Positions 61,840 through 64,000 of a stretch of 64,000 nucleotides of DNA are shown here, one piece after another. The DNA is from the human T2T-CHM13v2.0 reference genome, Homo sapiens. Each line of letters starts with the position of its first letter. Positions within the stretch are counted from its first letter, which is position 1. Below the pieces are notes generated by a model. It searched no databases. It was not told the DNA's origin and saw nothing but the letters and a program-made list of their open reading frames with translations. A program made the position numbers and the translations under genes. The stretch is from assembly GCF_009914755.1 (NCBI RefSeq), contig NC_060925.1. One strand, 5' to 3'.

Positions 61840-61972
61840 TTTTTTTCACATTTTTTAGAGGGATGGAATGTTACTACATTGCTGAGGCTGGTCTTGAACT
61901 GGCTTCAAACAATCCTCCTGCCTCTGCCTCCCTAGTAGCTGGGATGACAGGTGCAACCCACTGTGCCTAGTG
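61840..61972 (-). mobile_element. FLAM (free left Alu monomer, FLAM_A-like)
   Basis: Monomer with GGCTGGTCTTGAACT..AATCCTCCTGCCTC..GTAGCTGGGAT; degenerate TSD AGACAGACATGAGTTT / AGACAGAAGTGAATTT. Confidence 0.8.
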
Positions 61973-62459
61973 AGACAGAAGTGAATTTAAATACTAGAAC
62001 AAAGGCATAGAAAGACTTGCAATATATAATTTCAATAATCTGCAAAATCTTCCTCTAAGCGTATATTTACATTATTGATGGGAATATTTTCTTCTCATAT
62101 CTAATCCTTGCCTATCTATGAGTTATTATTCACATATGTATAATCAATTGTAAAAGACAAAATAAAACTTTAAGGACTCAGACTATTGTATCCCATGTCT
62201 TCATAATAACGTCGATGTTAAAAATAGTAATCAGAACAATAAATTATATCATATTGTAATGTCCACTGGTTATCTTCGGGATATGTTCTTCATAAAATAT
62301 ACAAATGTCTCTTTATAAGTTATTTTCTAAGTAGAGAGAGAAACAAAACTATGTGAACAAAATAACATTTTGAGTAGAAACTGGATATAATGCCATTATG
62401 CCAAGAAGCCTTGTAATGAATTGGGTTTAAAGGAAAATTACAGTTAAGAAACAATTTGT

Positions 62460-62812
62460 CATGTCCTTTGTAGGGACATGGATGAAGATGGAAACCATCA
62501 TTCTCAGCAGACTATCGCAAGGACAAAAAAACAAACACCGCATGTTCTCACCCATAGATGGGAACTGAACAATGAGAACACATGGACACAGGGAGGGGAA
62601 CATCACACACTGGGGACTGTTGTGGGTTGGGGGCAGGGCGGAGGGATAGCATTAGGAGATATACCTGATGCTAAATGACGAGTTAATGGGTGCAGCACAC
62701 CAGCATGGCACGTGTATACACATGTAACTAACCTGCACATTGTGCACATGTACCCTAAAACTTAAAGTATAATAATAATAAAAGAATGGCTCTGACAAAA
62801 AAAAAAAAAGAA
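62460..62812 (+). mobile_element. 5'-truncated young L1 (L1PA3-like) 3' end with TSD
   Basis: CTATCGCAAGGACAAAAAA, GCTAAATGACGAG, CAGCATGGCAC, GTAACTAACC; TSD AAGAAACAATTTGT at 62446-62459 and 62813-62826. Confidence 0.95.
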
Positions 62813-63134
62813 AAGAAACAATTTGTTACAAAGCTTCTCAGCACAATGAATTTGTATCCCCTCTCTGCTCAAAACTGATCTATTGTGTGGGAGTTTTGGT
62901 GGGGTAAGAGAACATACCATACACTCTTATTTGTTTCGTTTTATGATGTCCCAAACGATGGTCTTTCTGTGTTGGAATCAACAGGCATCTTTAGAGTAGG
63001 TGACCAAGTTCATTATATAAATGGGAATGTCTTTTATTCACCACATAATGTTTTTATTTATTATTATTAATCTACTCATGAAACATCGTTCGTCATCCTT
63101 TTATTTTTGTCTCTTTAAAACAATGTTCTTACAC

Positions 63135-64000
63135 TTTTTAAAGTTTAATTTAATTTTGTTTTCATTTTAAGTTCTGGGCTACATGTGCAGGATGTGCAGA
63201 TTTGTTACATAGGTAAACGTGTGCCATGGTGGTTTGCTGCACCTATCAACCCATAACCTAGGTGTTAAGCCCAGCATGCATTAGCTATTTATCCTAATGC
63301 ACTCCCTCCCCTCACCACCACCACCACCCCGACAGGCCCCAGTGTGTGTTGTTCCCCTTGCTGTGTCCATGTGTCCTCATTGTTCAGCTCCCATTTATAG
63401 GTGAGAACATGCAGTGTTTGATTTTCTGTTCCTGTGTTAGTTTGCTGAGGATAAAGGTTTCCAGCTCCATCCATGTCCCTGCAAAGGACAGGATCCTTTT
63501 TATGACTGCATAGTATTCCATGTTGTATAGGTACCACATTTTCTTTATCCAGTCTATTATTGATGGTCATTTGGGTTAATTTCATGTTTTTGCTATGTGA
63601 ATAGTGCTGCAAATAACATATGTATGCATTTATCTTTATAATAGAATGATTTATATTCCTTTGGGTATATACCCAGTATTGGGATTGCTGGGCCAAGTGG
63701 TATTTCTGGTACTGGATCTTTGAGGAACCACCACACTGTGTTCCACAATGGTTGAACTAATTTGCATTCCAACCCACAGTGTAAAAGCGTCCCTATTTCT
63801 CTGCAACCTTGCCAGCATCTGTTGTTTCTTGACTTTTTAATGATTTGCCATTCTGACTGGCATGAGTTGGTATCTCATTGTGGTTTTGATTCGCATTTCT
63901 CTAATGATCAGTGATGTTGAGCTTTTTTTCCATGTTTGTTGGCTGCATAAATGTCTTCTTCTGAAAAGTGTCTGTTCATGTCTTTTGCCCACTTTTTAAT
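63135..64000 (-). mobile_element. L1 (L1PA8-10-like) 3' portion, continues beyond the window
   Basis: TTTAAGTTCTGGG, ACCTAGGTGTTAAGCCCAGCATGCATTAGCTA, ORF2 C-terminal sequence. Confidence 0.93.

Overview
This is AT-rich primate genomic DNA, probably ape or human: an L1PA3-type insertion implies a hominoid. It is intergenic or deep-intronic. I recognise no host protein-coding gene, RNA gene or CRISPR array; the long ORFs in the track come from L1, ERVL/MaLR, Alu or low-complexity sequence. The window is a layered transposon record: about 16 Alu/FLAM copies, a full-length inactive L1PA5/6-like element (28589-34643, minus), many L1 fragments, a complete THE1 provirus, a deleted two-LTR ERVL (LTR41-like) provirus with RT relics, solo LTRs, hAT MITEs, MIR and L2. 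I found no new multi-gene system. The most notable structure is a tail-less 1.5 kb L1 ORF2 fragment (16884-18400). It shares about a dozen non-consensus variants, including a nonsense codon, with the inverted full-length L1 11 kb away, which points to local DNA-level copying or gene conversion and a possible inversion substrate. Other oddities are a serial template-switch duplication, an LTR R-region retrocopy, a 13-nt L1 3' transduction, recombined and internally primed Alu monomers, and twin-primed ancient L1s. Subfamily calls are from remembered consensus sequences and by-eye alignment; boundaries of old repeats are approximate.
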